From the human T2T-CHM13v2.0 reference genome, Homo sapiens, in NCBI RefSeq assembly GCF_009914755.1, contig NC_060930.1: 64,000 bases of DNA, one strand, 5' to 3'. The position numbers and the translations under genes are program-made. Positions 31,079-44,456 of this stretch are shown piece after piece. Position 1 is the stretch's first letter; the number at the start of each line of letters is the position of its first letter. Under the pieces are notes generated by a model that saw only the letters and a program-made list of their open reading frames with translations, made no database searches and had not been told where the DNA came from.

Positions 31079-32407
31079 TCTTTTTCTTAAAGAGGGACAG
31101 ACTGAAGGTAGGCTGTGAATGGTCAGTTATTTGTATTTCTTTACCTTTTATGCTATCTTGTAGTTTGACCAGTTTGCAAAACAAATTGAATAAAAAGTAA
31201 TTGATAATGTTGTTTTGATGCTCAGTGTTTGAGGGAAACACAATCTAGTGAATGGGGTTATTGGTTGTCACACCTGGGAGAGTGAAAATGAGGGGCTCAC
31301 AACCCAGGTGAGGTCATCTGGTGCCACTCAGCCCCATCCCAGAGAAAGCAGCCTTGGGATGCTGGCCTCGGTGACAACCAAGAAGTGATGGTGGGTTGCT
31401 AGAGACAGGGTGGAGCACAGAGCCCTGGAAGGAAGCAGGAAGTCAGGTTCAAGAAAGGACTTGTGACCTCACCCTTGGCTTCAGGGTTTTATTTTTCTTT
31501 CTTTTAAAACATTTTGAGACAACATGTAGACATTCAAACTTACAGAACAAAGAACTATTTTTTCCCTGAATCATTTGAGACTAAGTTCCCTCCTATCACC
31601 AGACATTTCTACAAATGAGGACCTTCACAGGACTAAGGTGCCACCATCAGAACCACAATATGTGGGGACGGTACTGCCAGCTAAGCCTCAGTGCTGTTTC
31701 GGTGTTGACAGCTGTCACAATGATGCCCTTTTCAGTAGAGGAGCCTGTGATGGTCACGTGTTGCAGGTGATCATTGTGCCATTTGGTTTACTTCTGTCTG
31801 GAAAGTTTCTCCTTTCTGTAACCTCCATGACCTTGACACATGAGGTCACTCTTCTCACCCGCCCCACCTCTGGGAGGGTGCCTGATTTGCCCTGCCCCAC
31901 CCAGCGGCTTTAGGACTCAGCTCTTCAGGAACAATTAGGGAGAGGGCCCTTGGGTCTAACTGCAAAATCATACTTGAACTAGAAAATCCCGTTGGCATAG
32001 GTATGGATTGTCATATAGAAACATTTTTCGCAGTGTGCCCCGTGGAACACTTGTTCTGTATGTTGTTAACAGATGTTTTGCAAAAAATGAAAAGGACCTG
32101 AGCTCTAATAAGTTTGGGAAATGCTGAATTGAAGTGAAACAGCTTTTCTTGGTGTGAGACCTTTCAGAGTCTTTAAAGGAGAGTTGCTGACCACACGTGA
32201 AATCACAATAGAAAATGGCCAGCAGGCCTCCAGGTAGGCAGCAATTCCTAGACATTTGCCTGTGTTCCCTGGGGGAGCTGGTGGCCTGTGACCATCCACT
32301 GGGAAATTCCCTTCTGTGGCGAGGTTCTGTTGTTTTCCAGAGGCTCCCACGGAGCATGCTGGGTGGGTGGTCTGTATGAGACCACACCGTTGATGAGCAG
32401 TGAGGCC

Positions 32408-33275
32408 CAAACAGGTATATCAAAAAATGCTCAGCATCGCTGATCATCAGGGAAATGCACATCATAAACACAGTGAGACGTTGCCTCACACCTGCCAGAA
32501 TGGCTGCTGTCAGACGAAAGACAACAAGTGTGGGTGAGGATGTGGAGAAAAGCGAACACTTGTCCACCTTTGGTGAGAATGTAAATTGGTATAGCCATTA
32601 TGGAAAACAGGAAGTTCCTGAAAAAATTAAGAACAGCTACCAGGAATCCCACATCTGGGTGTATATCCAAAAGAAATGAAGTCAGTACCTTGAAGAGATC
32701 TCTGCAGCCCCTGTTCATTGCAGCATTATTCACAATAGCCAAGATAGGGAAAAAGCCTCAGTGTCTACTGACAAATAAAGATGGATCAAGAAAATGCATG
32801 TATGTATACACACACACAGTGGAATACCAAGTCTTGCGGAAGAAGGAAATCCTGTCATTTGTGACAACATGGATGAGCTGAGAGAACATTATGCTAAGTG
32901 AAATAAGCCAGACACAGAAAGAAAAATACCAGATGATCTCACTTATATGTGGAATCTAAAAAGGTTGGACTCAGAAGCAGAGAGTGGAATGGTGGTTACC
33001 AAAGGCCAGAGGGTGCAGGAAGTGAGCAGATGTTGGTGAAAGGGTGCAGAGGTTCAGCTATGCAACATGAATGAATTCTGGAGATCCACTGTGCAGCATG
33101 GTGACTATGATACTGCTTTGTGTATTTAAAATTTTCAGAGAGTAGATCTTGTGTTCTTTCCCCTCTCCAAATAAAAGGAAATTATTTGAGGTGATGGATA
33201 TGTTTAACTAGCTTGACTGGGGCAATGATTTTGTAATGATAAGTATCTCAAAACATCATGTTGTACAACATAAGT
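32408..33275 (+). mobile_element. L1 (L1M-class) ORF2 3' end/3' UTR fragment
   Basis: L1 hallmarks ATCAGGGAAATGCA, GCAGCATTATTCACAATAGCCAAGAT, ATGCTAAGTGAAATAAGCCAG. Confidence 0.85.
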
Positions 33276-33278
33276 ATA

Positions 33279-33750
33279 CAATTGACCCTTGAACAATACA
33301 GGTTTGAACTCTGTGGGTCCACTTACATGCGGTTTTTTTTTTCTGTAAAAGTTACACCCGATGCGTCAGCCCCTTCTTCTACCTCTTCCACCTCTGGTAC
33401 CCTTGGCACAGCAAGACCAACCCCCCACTTCCTCCTCCTCCTCCTCAGCCTACTCAGGGTAAAGACAAGGATGAAGACCTTTATGATGATCCACTTCCAC
33501 TTAATATATAATAAATATATTTTCTCCTCATGATTTTCTTAAAACTTTTTCTGTATTTTATTGTAAGAATACAGTATATAATACATACAACATCGAAAAT
33601 ATGTGTTAATTGACTCTGTTATTGGTAAGGCTTCTGGTCAACAGTAGGCAATACTAGTTGTTAAGTTTTAGGGGAGTTAAAGTTCTATGTGGGTTTTCGA
33701 TTGTGTGTGGGGTCCGTGCTCCTAATCCCTGGGTTATTCAAGGTTATTCT
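33279..33750 (+). mobile_element. Tigger2-family DNA transposon derivative inserted in the L1
   Basis: Terminus CAATTGACCCTTGAACAA and degenerate inverted end TTCAAGGTTATTCTA. Confidence 0.75.
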
Positions 33751-33900
33751 ACATAATTTTTCTGTCCGTTACACCTCAGTAAAGCTGGATAAAAGCGAAA
33801 ACCAAAAGACTACGAAGGCTAGGAGAAAATCAGTACATGCCACTCCAGCCCCCATTCTCCCCAGAAGCAGTCCCCACTTCTTCCCCTCAGCTTTGTCCCC

Positions 33901-34631
33901 TGTCAGTTTAAAATCATGAGGTTCATAAATTTGAAAAGGAAAGCTTTATTTCTTGTAAAGGGTCTCAGCCTGCAAAATCGCCATCCTGGCAGGCTGGGAA
34001 GTGTATCCAGCAGAGACCAAAGGCAGGTACTTGGAGACGGGGAAGGATGAGGCAGGAATTTATGCTGAATGGGTTGGCCAAGCATACATATTCAACAGGT
34101 GATGGGGGGAGCTATGAATATTCATGACAGGGGGACATGCACATGCATTGTAAACATTCCTGTTACATACGCCCCATGATCACTTTGGGGTGGAGACTTA
34201 ACATTTAAATGCATTTCAATTAGGACTTATGTGTCAAAAGGTGAAGCAGGGACATGAACGCCCTCAGTGCATGCCTGGGCAAACTAGACAACCAGTCCAT
34301 GCTTGGTGGTCTTTTACCAGGAGAAAGTCCCTGAAATCAGGCTCTTGTTAAAGCTGTAGTTACAGCTGGTGGAGAAGGGGGTCAGTTAGTCTGCATCTGG
34401 CCATAGGTGGTGAGCTGAAATTGTTGCCGTATTGCTGATCTCCAGGCCCCTGCTTATTTAGCTGCCAGAGAAAAAGAAAACAAAACAAAACTTTGTGGCA
34501 GTTAGAACCTAGTTTATTTTTTAAGTGCCTGACTTAACTCTTGCCTGGCATGGCCATAGGTCATGTTTATAATTTGGCATCTTACTTCCACAAAGAGTCT
34601 GTTCTGTCGTGTTATGATCTGTAATTTTAAC
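33901..34631 (-). mobile_element. ERV1-class solo LTR (subfamily not assigned)
   Basis: TG..CA-type ends, minus-strand AATAAA near 33945, LTR-like composition. Confidence 0.55.
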
Positions 34632-34774
34632 ACCACCAACAGACTTCTCTCTCCTTCAGGTCAAATTCTCCAAGTTAACCTTAGCATTGATGCAGCTGAA
34701 ATACTGGAGCCATTGAACGGACACTTCTGACCTGTTCCTACACTATCCTCCCACCTTTGGGTGCTGAGGTAGAT

Positions 34775-35122
34775 TGCTATGGGTTGAACTATATTCCCCA
34801 AAATTCACATGTTGAACTCCTAACCCCAGTACTTCAGAATGTGACCTTATTTGGAGATAGTGTCTTTAAAGAGATAATTAAGTTAAAATGAGATCATATG
34901 AATGGGATGTAATTTAATATATGTGTCTTTATAAGATGAGGAGATTAGGACGCAGACTCACACAGAGGCATGGCCAACTGGAAGCCAAGGAGAGAGGCCT
35001 CAGAAGAAAGCAAACCTGCCCACACCTGGATCTCAAACTCCCAGCCTCCAGAAGTATGAGAACACAAATTGTTTAAACTACACAGTCCATGGTACTTTAT
35101 GGCAGCCTAAGCAAACTAGCCC
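34775..35122 (+). mobile_element. MLT1 (MaLR) LTR
   Basis: TGCTATGGGTTGAA...CAGAATGTGACCTTATTTGGAGATAG...CAGCCTCCAGAA. Confidence 0.8.
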
Positions 35123-35250
35123 AGACACACTCAGCAACCTTCCCACTGCCAGTCACACGATGCGCGCACATACATGCTGGGCACTCCCCAAGGCCCTGTG
35201 CCTCTGGGAGAGTACGCAGAACCCCATGTCATGATTCCTCCCATCGGAGC

Positions 35251-35790
35251 TGAAGGAAGCCAGAACATGCTGACCTGCAACATGCTACTTTAGCCTAAGG
35301 ATTATTTGGCACTGGAGGCAGTTAAGAAGCAGCAAATGTATTTGCCTAAAAGCAAGACATACATTTTTCAAAAGTGTCTCTCCTTCCCTCTCTGAACAAG
35401 AGTTAATCACAAAGACAGCTCCAGACACCGCTCAGCTTGGAGATGGCAGCAGAGGTGTTCACGTAACCATCCTCACTAACTCGCCTTCTCTACCCCAACC
35501 TTTCCACTTGGTGCAGACGCCTTCCTGCAGCGCCGTCTCTGGAAGCTTGAAGTCACTTTCCTGTGTCCCAGCATTTCTCTACAAATAAATTGTTCTTAGT
35601 GAAGATGGTACGTATGCCAGAGCGTGAAGCCTATCTTTCAATTGCTGTTTCCTGAATTTCTCTCATGTCTATATGAGATGTACATGCTAGAAACTTGTTT
35701 TTCTCTTATTAATCTTTTAATTTTTTTTTATAGGGGCCCCAGCAGAAAACTTAGAAGAGTACACAGAATAGGATTTTTTCCTTCTTTACA
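35251..35790 (+). mobile_element. MER34-like LTR
   Basis: Starts TGAAGGAAGCCAGAACAT..., contains TGCCTAAAAGCAAGACATA, ends TTTACA. Confidence 0.6.
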
Positions 35791-35849
35791 AAGTTCCGTG
35801 TAGGAAGGCATGAGCATTTCTCTTCCTATCACAAGTGTCCATGCCATGG

Positions 35850-37159
35850 TGTGTCCGGAATTGGTGGGTTCTTGGTCTCACTGACTTCAAGAATGAAGCC
35901 GCGGACCCTCGCGGTGAGTGTTACAGCTCTTAAGGTGGCGAGTCTGGAGTTTGTTCCTTCTGATGTTGGGATGTGTTCGGAGTTTCTTCCTTCTGGTGGA
36001 TTCGTGGTCTCGCTGGCTCAGGAGTGAAGCTGCAGACCTTCGCGGTGAGTGTTACAGCTCTTAAAAGCAGTGTGGACCCAAAGAGTGAGCAGTAGCAAGA
36101 TTTATTGCAAAGAGCGAAATAACAAAGCTTCCACAGTGTGGAAGGGGACCCGAGCGGGTTACCACCGCTGACTAGGGCAGCCTGCTTTTATTCTCTTATC
36201 TGGCCCCACCCACATCCTGCTGATTGGTAGAGCTGAGTGGTCTGTTTTGACAGGGCGCTGATTGGTGCGTTTACAATCCCAGAGCTAGACACAAAGGTTC
36301 TCCACGTCCCCACCAGATTAGCTAGATACAGAGTGTGGACACAAAGGTTCTCCAAGGCCCCACCAGAGTAACTAGATACAGAGTGTCCATTGGTGCATTC
36401 ACAAACCCTGAGCTAGACACAGGGTGCTGACTGGTGTGTTTACAAACCTTGAGCTAGAGACAGAGTGCCGATTGGTGTATTTACAATCCCTGAGCAACAT
36501 AAAGGTTCTCCATTTCCCCACCAGACTCAGGAGCCCAGCTGGCTTCACCCAGTGGATCCCACACCGGGGCTGCAGGTGGAGCTGCCATGCGCCCGCACTC
36601 CTCAGCCCTTGGGTGGTCGATGGGACTGGGCTCCGTGGAGCAGGGGGTGGTGCTCATCCGGGAGGCTCAGGCCGCACAGGAGCCCAGGGAGGGGGTGGGA
36701 GCCTCAGGCATGGCGGGCTGCAGGTCCTGAGCCCTTCCCGGCGGGAAGGCAGCTAAGGCCCGGCGAGAAATCGAGCGCAGCGCCGGTGGGCTGGCACTGC
36801 TGGGGGACCCGGTTCACCCTCCGCAGCTGCTGGCCCGGGTGCTAAGCCCCTCATTGCCCGGGCCGGCAGGGCCGGCCGGCTGCTCTGAGTGCGGGGTCTG
36901 CCAAGCCCACGCCCACCCGGAATTCCAGCTGGCCCGCAAGTGCCGCGCGCAGCCCCAGTTCCCGCTCGCGCCTCTCCCTCCACACCTCCCTGCAAGCTGA
37001 GGGAGCTGGCTCTGGCCTTGGCCAGCCCAGAAAGGGGCTCCCACAGTGCAGTGGTGGGCTGAAGGGCTCCTCAAGTGCCACCAAAGTGGGAGCCCGGGCA
37101 GAGGAGGTGCCGAGAGCGAGCGAGGGCTGTGAGGACTGCCAGCACGCTGTCACCTCTCA
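35850..37159 (-). mobile_element. ERV9 LTR12 (LTR12C-like) solo LTR
   Basis: Minus-strand TGAGAGGTGACAGCGTGCTGGCAG start and TCCGGACACA end; repeated CCAAT-containing units; CpG-rich U3; 4-bp TSD ATGG at 35846-35849 and 37160-37163. Confidence 0.93.
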
Positions 37160-40056
37160 ATGGTACCTGGGCTAAAATAGACATTCAGGACCATGTTTTT
37201 GAACAGTTAGGAAAATGAGTGGATTTTCTGCATCAAATTTTCAGTAGTTCCCAGGAACAGTTAGCATAATGGGCCACAAGGGCATGCAGGGTGGTGAGTG
37301 GATGTGGTGGGGGCCGCCTGGATGACAGGCCTGGCCTGGGGCTCCTCATGGCCGGAAGTCAGCCTCCCTGTGTTAGCTCTGCCCGCAGGTCCTGGGCCTC
37401 ATCTCTGGATTTGTTTGGGAGGGCTGCCATAATAAAGTACCACAGACTAGGGGCTTCAACAACAGAAATGTATGTCTTCCAGTTCTGGAGGCTGGGAGTC
37501 CAACATCAAGGTGTTGGCAGGGTTGATTCCTTCTGAGACTGTGAGGGAGAATCTGTTCCAGGTTCCTAGGAGCACAGCGTTCCCCTTCTGACAGGCACAA
37601 AGCAGGAAACAGCCAACCCTGGGGGCCTGTTGAGGAGGACAGAAGCCTAGGACACACTGCGGGGCCCTGAGCACAGCCCCATGGGGAGGGGAGTGGCAGG
37701 AGCAGGAGTTTCCACCCCAGGCAGCTGCCCCCTCTGCACCTGGGACCATCGGGTGGGCAGCAGGCCCAGTGCCCAGTGACTGACTTGCTCATTCATGGCT
37801 GATTTTCTCACACATATGTGCTTCCCCAGACCTCCATCATGGCCCTTGGGGCCAGGACTGGTCTGCCCTGTGTGCTGACAGCCACTTCACTGGCAGGTAC
37901 CTGGATTCATGTACAAATCTGGGCCTAAACCCAGCTCTTGCCTTCTCTCTGTTTCCAGGTGAGACCTGCCTCTGCTCCGGCTCTGGCAGCTGGCTTGATC
38001 CCCTTCTCCTCCCTGGCCTTAGGGGGCACTGAGACCTAGGACAGATGAGATGCCCACCTGGAGTTTGTGTCTAGTTGGACATTAGGTGAATAGGATTTCA
38101 GCATAGGGAGTTTTGGAAAATCAGTCCCTGGTGACAGGGCTTTGAGTGAGTTGATTTATTAAGACTTGACATAGAGCCAGGCATGTGATTCTGGGCAGAT
38201 GACTTGCCCCCTTAGGCCTTCGTTTCTCATTTCTCATCTGCAGTACGTGGGGGTGAGCAGTTCCATCAGATCAGGAGACGGGGCTCAGAAGGAGCCCGGC
38301 CTGCCATCCTAGATGCTCAGGATGGTGGCAACGGCTTGTTCTCAGTTGGCCGTGGCCCTCAGTCCCATCTCCCCTTTGCAATTTTGATTGCCTGGGATGT
38401 CTGGTCATCCCCTCATGGACCCAAACCATGGGGCTGGGAGACAGTGGAAAAGGAAGGATGCAGGGGTGGGTACAGGCTCCCTTGCTCCCTAGTCCAAGCC
38501 AAAGAAAGGAGGCCTGAGTCCATTGAGCACCCAGAGTTGGGGGCAGCTGCTTTCTCCATGAAACAGGTGAGCAGTGGCACCAGGCTTGGCCTGGACAGGC
38601 CACTGGGGAGGTGGTACCACAGAGGGGCCTGGTTTCTCCTCAAAGTGTGCTGAAAGTGGGCCCCTTGCACCCTGGCTGCTTCCCATCCACATGCAGGACA
38701 CTCGTGTCAGGGTTGTGGGCACAACAGGGCCAGCACTGAGTGTGCGCCACCACCTTCCTCTGGGCTGGGGAGTGTCTGCCTCTGGCCCACCTCCCTCCTG
38801 CCCAGGGCATGCTCAGCCTTCTGGGTGGCAGCCCCCTTGAGCCCTCTCTTGGCAGCAGCTGAGCATTTCCAAAGAAGAAAACCCCCCAGGAGTGGGAATT
38901 ATGGAGCTGCAGCCCCCAAGGTGGGGCATGCTTTTGACCAAATCAGCCAGTGGGTCTACTGGGCTTGAGGCTCAGCTGAGAGTCTCAGAAATCCAGAGTA
39001 TGCCTGACACCATGGGCCTCTGTTTATCTGTACTTCTATGTGCATGTGGAGGGGCTCACCCCCAATGCCACATGCACTCCTAGGTCTGAAAATGGGGGAG
39101 GGATGGGGTGTTTTCCACCTTGCGCCACTTTGATGCCTTCCATCAGCAACTCTGAGCCAGAGCCTACTGGGGCATTACCCCTGTGCAGAGGTAACTCCCT
39201 GGCCCAGGTTCCCTAGGAACTTGGGCTATTGCACCATCAGCGAGGAGTCTGCCCAGGGGAGGGGAGGCAGTGAGTGGCACCTGTAGGAGCTCGGGTAGGT
39301 TCTGGAGAGCACAGCCATCTGGGTCATTGACAAGGTGCAGGCAATGGGCCTGCTGGAGAGTGCTGGGCTGCTCAGTGTGGGGCAGGGAGGAGCCCTGCAG
39401 CTGCTCTGGGATTCCCAGGAGCCTGAAGCTTTCTTGTCTGTTGCCGTGACACCATGTCACCACAAACTGAGCTGCGTAAAGCATGCACACTCCATGTCTC
39501 CTGGGCTCTGTGGTCAGGAGGGTAGCTGCAGGGCAGCTGGATGTTACATTCAAGGTGTTAGCTGCAGTGGTGGCCTCGTCTCAAGGCTCATCTGGAGAAA
39601 GATTTGATTTGGAGCTCAAGTGGATATCGGCAGGATTCATTCTGTCCCACTTCAGGACCAAGGGTCTTGGTTTCCCGCTGGTTGCCAGCTGAAGGTACCC
39701 ACAGCTCCTTGCCATGTGGGCCTCCACCACAGGGCCAGGGCTCCATCACAGCCAGCAGGGGAGAGAGACTCTCAGCCATGTGGATGTTACAATCTTAAGG
39801 AGCATGATCATGGAGGTGTCATCCGTGACACTTGCCATTTCCATTGGTTACAGGCAAGTCACAGGTTCTGCACACTCAGCTGAGAGGTGAGGATATGTGG
39901 GCCACTGGACAGCCAGTCTGCTACACCCTCTGGTCTTCTTTCTTGTCTCCTGCTCTTCCCTCCACCTTGTAAGGCACTTTTTGGATGGTAGGACTGGTTT
40001 TGGGGTCCTGTGGTGCCCCATGCCTGCTGCTGTCCCAGCTTTGGTGACTGTCTCTT

Positions 40057-41225
40057 TGTTACAGGACCTTTGAGGTGTCAATTTTCTGGCTGGAAACCTC
40101 TGTGGTCATGGTGCCTTTGCATGAGCTCTTGTCCTGCGTCCAGGAAGAATAAGGGACATAGACAAGTGAAGGGTGAGCAAGACGAAGATGAGCTCTATTG
40201 AGTGTTACAACAGCTCAGAGGACACCTGCATTGGGTAGCTCCTCTTCTAGGCAGGTCATCTGTCGAGTGTTCAGTTCTCAGTAGAGAGGAGGCCCAGGAG
40301 AGGTAGCTCCTCTCTGCAACTGGTCATCCTGATGTTTGCAGCTCTCAGCAGAGAGGAAGCCCTGGAGAGGGTGGTTCCTCTCTGCCAGCAGGTTGTCGCT
40401 GCAGCTATCAGCAGAGAATGTGGCTCCTCTCTGTGGGTTGTCCCATCATCTCCAGCTATCGGCAGAGAGGGTACTCCTTTCTGCAGCTGGTTGTCCCATC
40501 ATCTCTCTGCCCTCTTCATCCTCTAGCTATCCTCTGCCCTGCTCTGGCTGAGTCCAGGGCTTTTATGGACCTCAGAAGGGAGGAAGTGCATGCCAGTTGT
40601 TCTGTGGGTGGCCATGGGTGGGTTAGGAAGAGGCACCACAAGTCCCCACTCTGGTTTCCGGGACTGGCAGCCCAGGCCCCAGCCTTCAGGCCCTTCTTGG
40701 CCTGAAGGTGGGCCTTACTAGGGACACACCTCCTTCTTCCCAGGACTCTGTCTGCCTCCTGCTGCCATTCATGGCCCCAGGTCTCAACCCCAACCCTGCT
40801 CTGAGATCGGAGCAGGTGCTGGGATGGGAGAGGGGCCAGGCAGTGGGAGCAGACTCTTCTGAGCCTGGGATGGGGACTAGTGGGGAGGCCTTCCCAGGCC
40901 CCTGAGGTTGCAGGCTGCAGAGATGCCCAGGTCTTGTGCCTGGGAGGGCAGCCACAGCTGCATCCACGGAACTCCCACCCTGCCAACTCAGAAGGGGTGG
41001 GGTTCCTGCTTGTCCCTGGCTCCTGCCTGCTCTGTGGAGTGAGAGGCCCAGGTCTGCAGCCACAGGTCAGGTGGTTGCAGCTGCATCCAGGCAGGCAGAT
41101 CTGGCCTGCTGCTGGCCCCCTCCAAGAGCACAAGGAGGCTTGGATCCACAGTCCCAGGAGGGTGGGGCTTCCATCAGCTCCGTGGAGTGTTCAGCCCCAG
41201 CCACGCCTCCCTGCTGCTGCCATCA
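40057..41225 (-). mobile_element. MER52-type ERV1 LTR (3' LTR of a truncated provirus)
   Basis: Minus-strand TGATGGCAGCAGC start, TGTAACA end; preceded on the minus strand by polypurine tract AGAGGGGGAAA (41226-41236). Confidence 0.8.
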
Positions 41226-43420
41226 TTTCCCCCTCTGAAGAGGTACACCTAACTGCTGTTAGGGTAGGGACAATGACCACTCTTAACTGCTTCGTGCTGA
41301 CCAGGGATATTGTTTTGGGAAAACAACAGTCAAGTCTCTCTCAGAGACCTATCTAAGAATATCCAGTACAAGGCAGCCATCATCTGAGGCTCCATTTTCA
41401 TGACCATTTGGAGTTTAACGGCCCATCCCTTGTTTCTTCTGAGCTGTAGTCAGATATCACTAGTTGGTTCACCTTCACAATTGTCAAAAGCTACAAATAG
41501 CTCAAAAGAAAAGCTTCCTTGATTCTGAAAAACAAGATAAAGGATCAACAGTATTCCAAGCAAAAGGTCAAAACAAGATTGCTTCAGTCTTCTATTAGTT
41601 CAGCTCACCCAGTCAACTCCTATTCACAATCTCCAAAATTATCAGAAATCTGCATTTGAAGACTATAATCCATCCCTTGAAGAGGATCAAAACATGACAA
41701 CAATTGTCTGTGAATGTCAAAATGTCCTAGCGTATTCATAGTCAAAAACACAATTGATGAAGAAATCTGGTCACCTCTGTGATTTACAATAACCTAACAC
41801 AATAACCCTAGCTATGATTGATAACACAAACTCAGGCATCAGAAATCTAGAAATCCCATACAATTTTGAAACACACATTAACATTTTTCACTAAAATATA
41901 ACCTGAAGATCAAACACCTTATTTTGGTAATCCTATGTAACTAAACTTGTCAAATAACCCTGTTTACCTCTCCCTTTCGATGCTCCAGGTGTCTTCTGTA
42001 GCATCCAAAACTCAGGGGTTAGGAAAGAAAATTTTGAAGCTGTAAAGGCTCAAAACACTTAACAGAATTTTTGGTTACTATAAGTCATTCATTTAAATGA
42101 CTCAAAGCAAAAACCTTCAGTCACTAAGAGGGAAGACCTAATTTTCCAAACAATCTAACTTTTAACCATCGCACTCCTTTTTAAGAAGTCCTTTTAAGTC
42201 TCTTATTATCCAACTTTAGCCATGCCAAATGGCCAATTGAATTCATGGAGGGGCAGAGAATATAGTGATTTTTTTATTGTTCCTGCAACCAGTTTGCACA
42301 GAGAGAGAAACCAAAAGTCTGACTGGTAAGAACTTTTACCCTTTCGCCAGCATGTCAGGCTGCTGAGCTCCCTTCCCCTCAGCTATGGAGCCCTATTGAC
42401 CCTGGAGTCCTGTTGATCTCTTGTCCTTCCCTTCTTGTGTCAGTAGCTTATTCACAAAGAAAACAAAATCTTTCATTGCATGAAAATCTTGTTCAAGTGA
42501 AAGCCAAATTTTACCCTTACATTAGTCTATTAATGTCAACCCCAATTAAAAAAAATAAAACCTTACAGAGAAATCCATCCAATCTTAATCAGTTTGATCA
42601 TGAACTGAGATTGTTATAAATCTTTTATAACCTTTTACAAATTTTTTTTGTTAAACAGCATGTAAGTGCTTCAAGAAAACCTTGTTGTGCTTGTATTCCA
42701 TTGTTCAACTTATGGAAAACCAAATAATATCCTTTTTAGTGTAGTCAATATGTTTACACACAGGATTCCTTTTACAAGATTAATTTTTTACAAACCTTCC
42801 ATAACTTGTTTGAACCTTAAGCTTTATCTTATATAATTTAAAACAATCATTTAACCCTCTGAACTAGGCAAAAATTTACATTCCCATGCCTTCTTATATT
42901 ATTTTACTAATGATACATTTTACTCTCCTTACTCACCTCACGTGTAGATCTGTTTTCAGTAGTCATCACTACATGTTATAATGGTAGCTCTTAGTAATTG
43001 TTAATTTTGGTGAAATACCCAGTAAGTTATTTTAGTTACGTACTTAGGTGCAGATGAGGTCTAACTATTTCCAGCATAGCTAGGGCAGGCCCTACCAAAC
43101 TGCAAAGCAGGAAAGTTGAACAATTTTCAAAAGCCAAAGCAGTTTATGACCTTAAAGCATTTAGTCAACCTAGTTTCTGACTTGCATAATTTAGACCATG
43201 TCTATATTTTGAAGACATTTCTATTTTCATTTTACTGATAATTTAAAAGACAGCCTATTTAGCAAAGTCATACTTAAGTGAATTTGAAAATTGCTTAGAC
43301 TTATTTACTTAATTTATGAACACTCTTTTACTTATAAGCCAATTTGGTAGACACAACATATAACAGTAAGTGTACATACAAGTAAACACATCTAGACATG
43401 TATACACACACACAAATGAA
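41226..43420 (-). mobile_element. ERV1 (MER4-group/MER52-int-like) internal sequence reaching to ~0.5 kb upstream of the SLC22A1 TSS
   Basis: Contiguous with PPT and LTR; motifs recalled from MER4-group internals (AAGTCTGACTGGTAAGAA.TTTTACCCTT; TTTATGACCTTAAAGCATTTAG); upstream boundary approximate. Confidence 0.7.
42389..42419 (-). promoter_or_regulatory. Two adjacent DR-2 nuclear-receptor elements (HNF4A response elements of SLC22A1)
   Basis: Minus strand GGGTCA-at-AGGGCT (42389-42402) and AGATCA-ac-AGGACT (42406-42419), ~1.64 kb upstream of the ATG, matching the recalled position of the OCT1 HNF4A DR-2 pair. Confidence 0.7.
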
Positions 43421-43439
43421 GAGGTGGAGCTTAAAACAC

Positions 43440-43576
43440 CCAAATTGGGTGCAGTGTATACTGCTTGGGAGATGGATGCACCAAAATCTCACAAATCACC
43501 ACTAAAGAACCTGCTCATGTAACCAAATAATACCTGTTCCCTCAAAACCTATGGGAAAAAAAAACTAAAAAAAATA
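43440..43576 (+). mobile_element. L1PB-like 3' end fragment with A tail
   Basis: CACCAAAATCTCACAAATCACCACTAAAGAAC...A-rich tail. Confidence 0.75.
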
Positions 43577-43830
43577 CTTAAATGGTATCACAGAACTAAT
43601 TAGCCGAATACAGTATCTAGTACCTGGCTGTCACCCAATACTTGCCTCATACCATCACATCTAGAAAACAAGTAGATATTCTTTTTGGAAGAGCCCTGAG
43701 GGAGCTACTAGGAGGTTTGCACGGCCTGCTCTCCTGCCCTCTTCTTGCTCTGTGGCTGAACTTCAATTCTCTTCGGGCTTAGACCCCACTGACTCGCTCC
43801 CGGGCAAAGCAAACGATTTGATCAGATGGC

Positions 43831-43836
43831 CACGTG
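43831..43836. promoter_or_regulatory. E-box CACGTG in SLC22A1 core promoter (USF1/2 type)
   Basis: Perfect CACGTG 200 bp upstream of the ATG; matches the recalled OCT1 USF site. Confidence 0.8.
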
Positions 43837-44024
43837 CATTCTTCCTTTTCCTGAAACCAGCACCATAGGGTAAAAGATTATTTCTACTTGGTTGCCTTCC
43901 AGATGTTTCACACTTGGACAGCAAACTGATTTCAAACCACTCCTTTTCAAAGATCTCTGAGGGAGACATTGCACCTGGCCACTGCAGCCCAGAGCAGGTC
44001 TGGCCACGGCCATGAGCATGCTGA

Positions 44025-44456
<432 letters not shown>

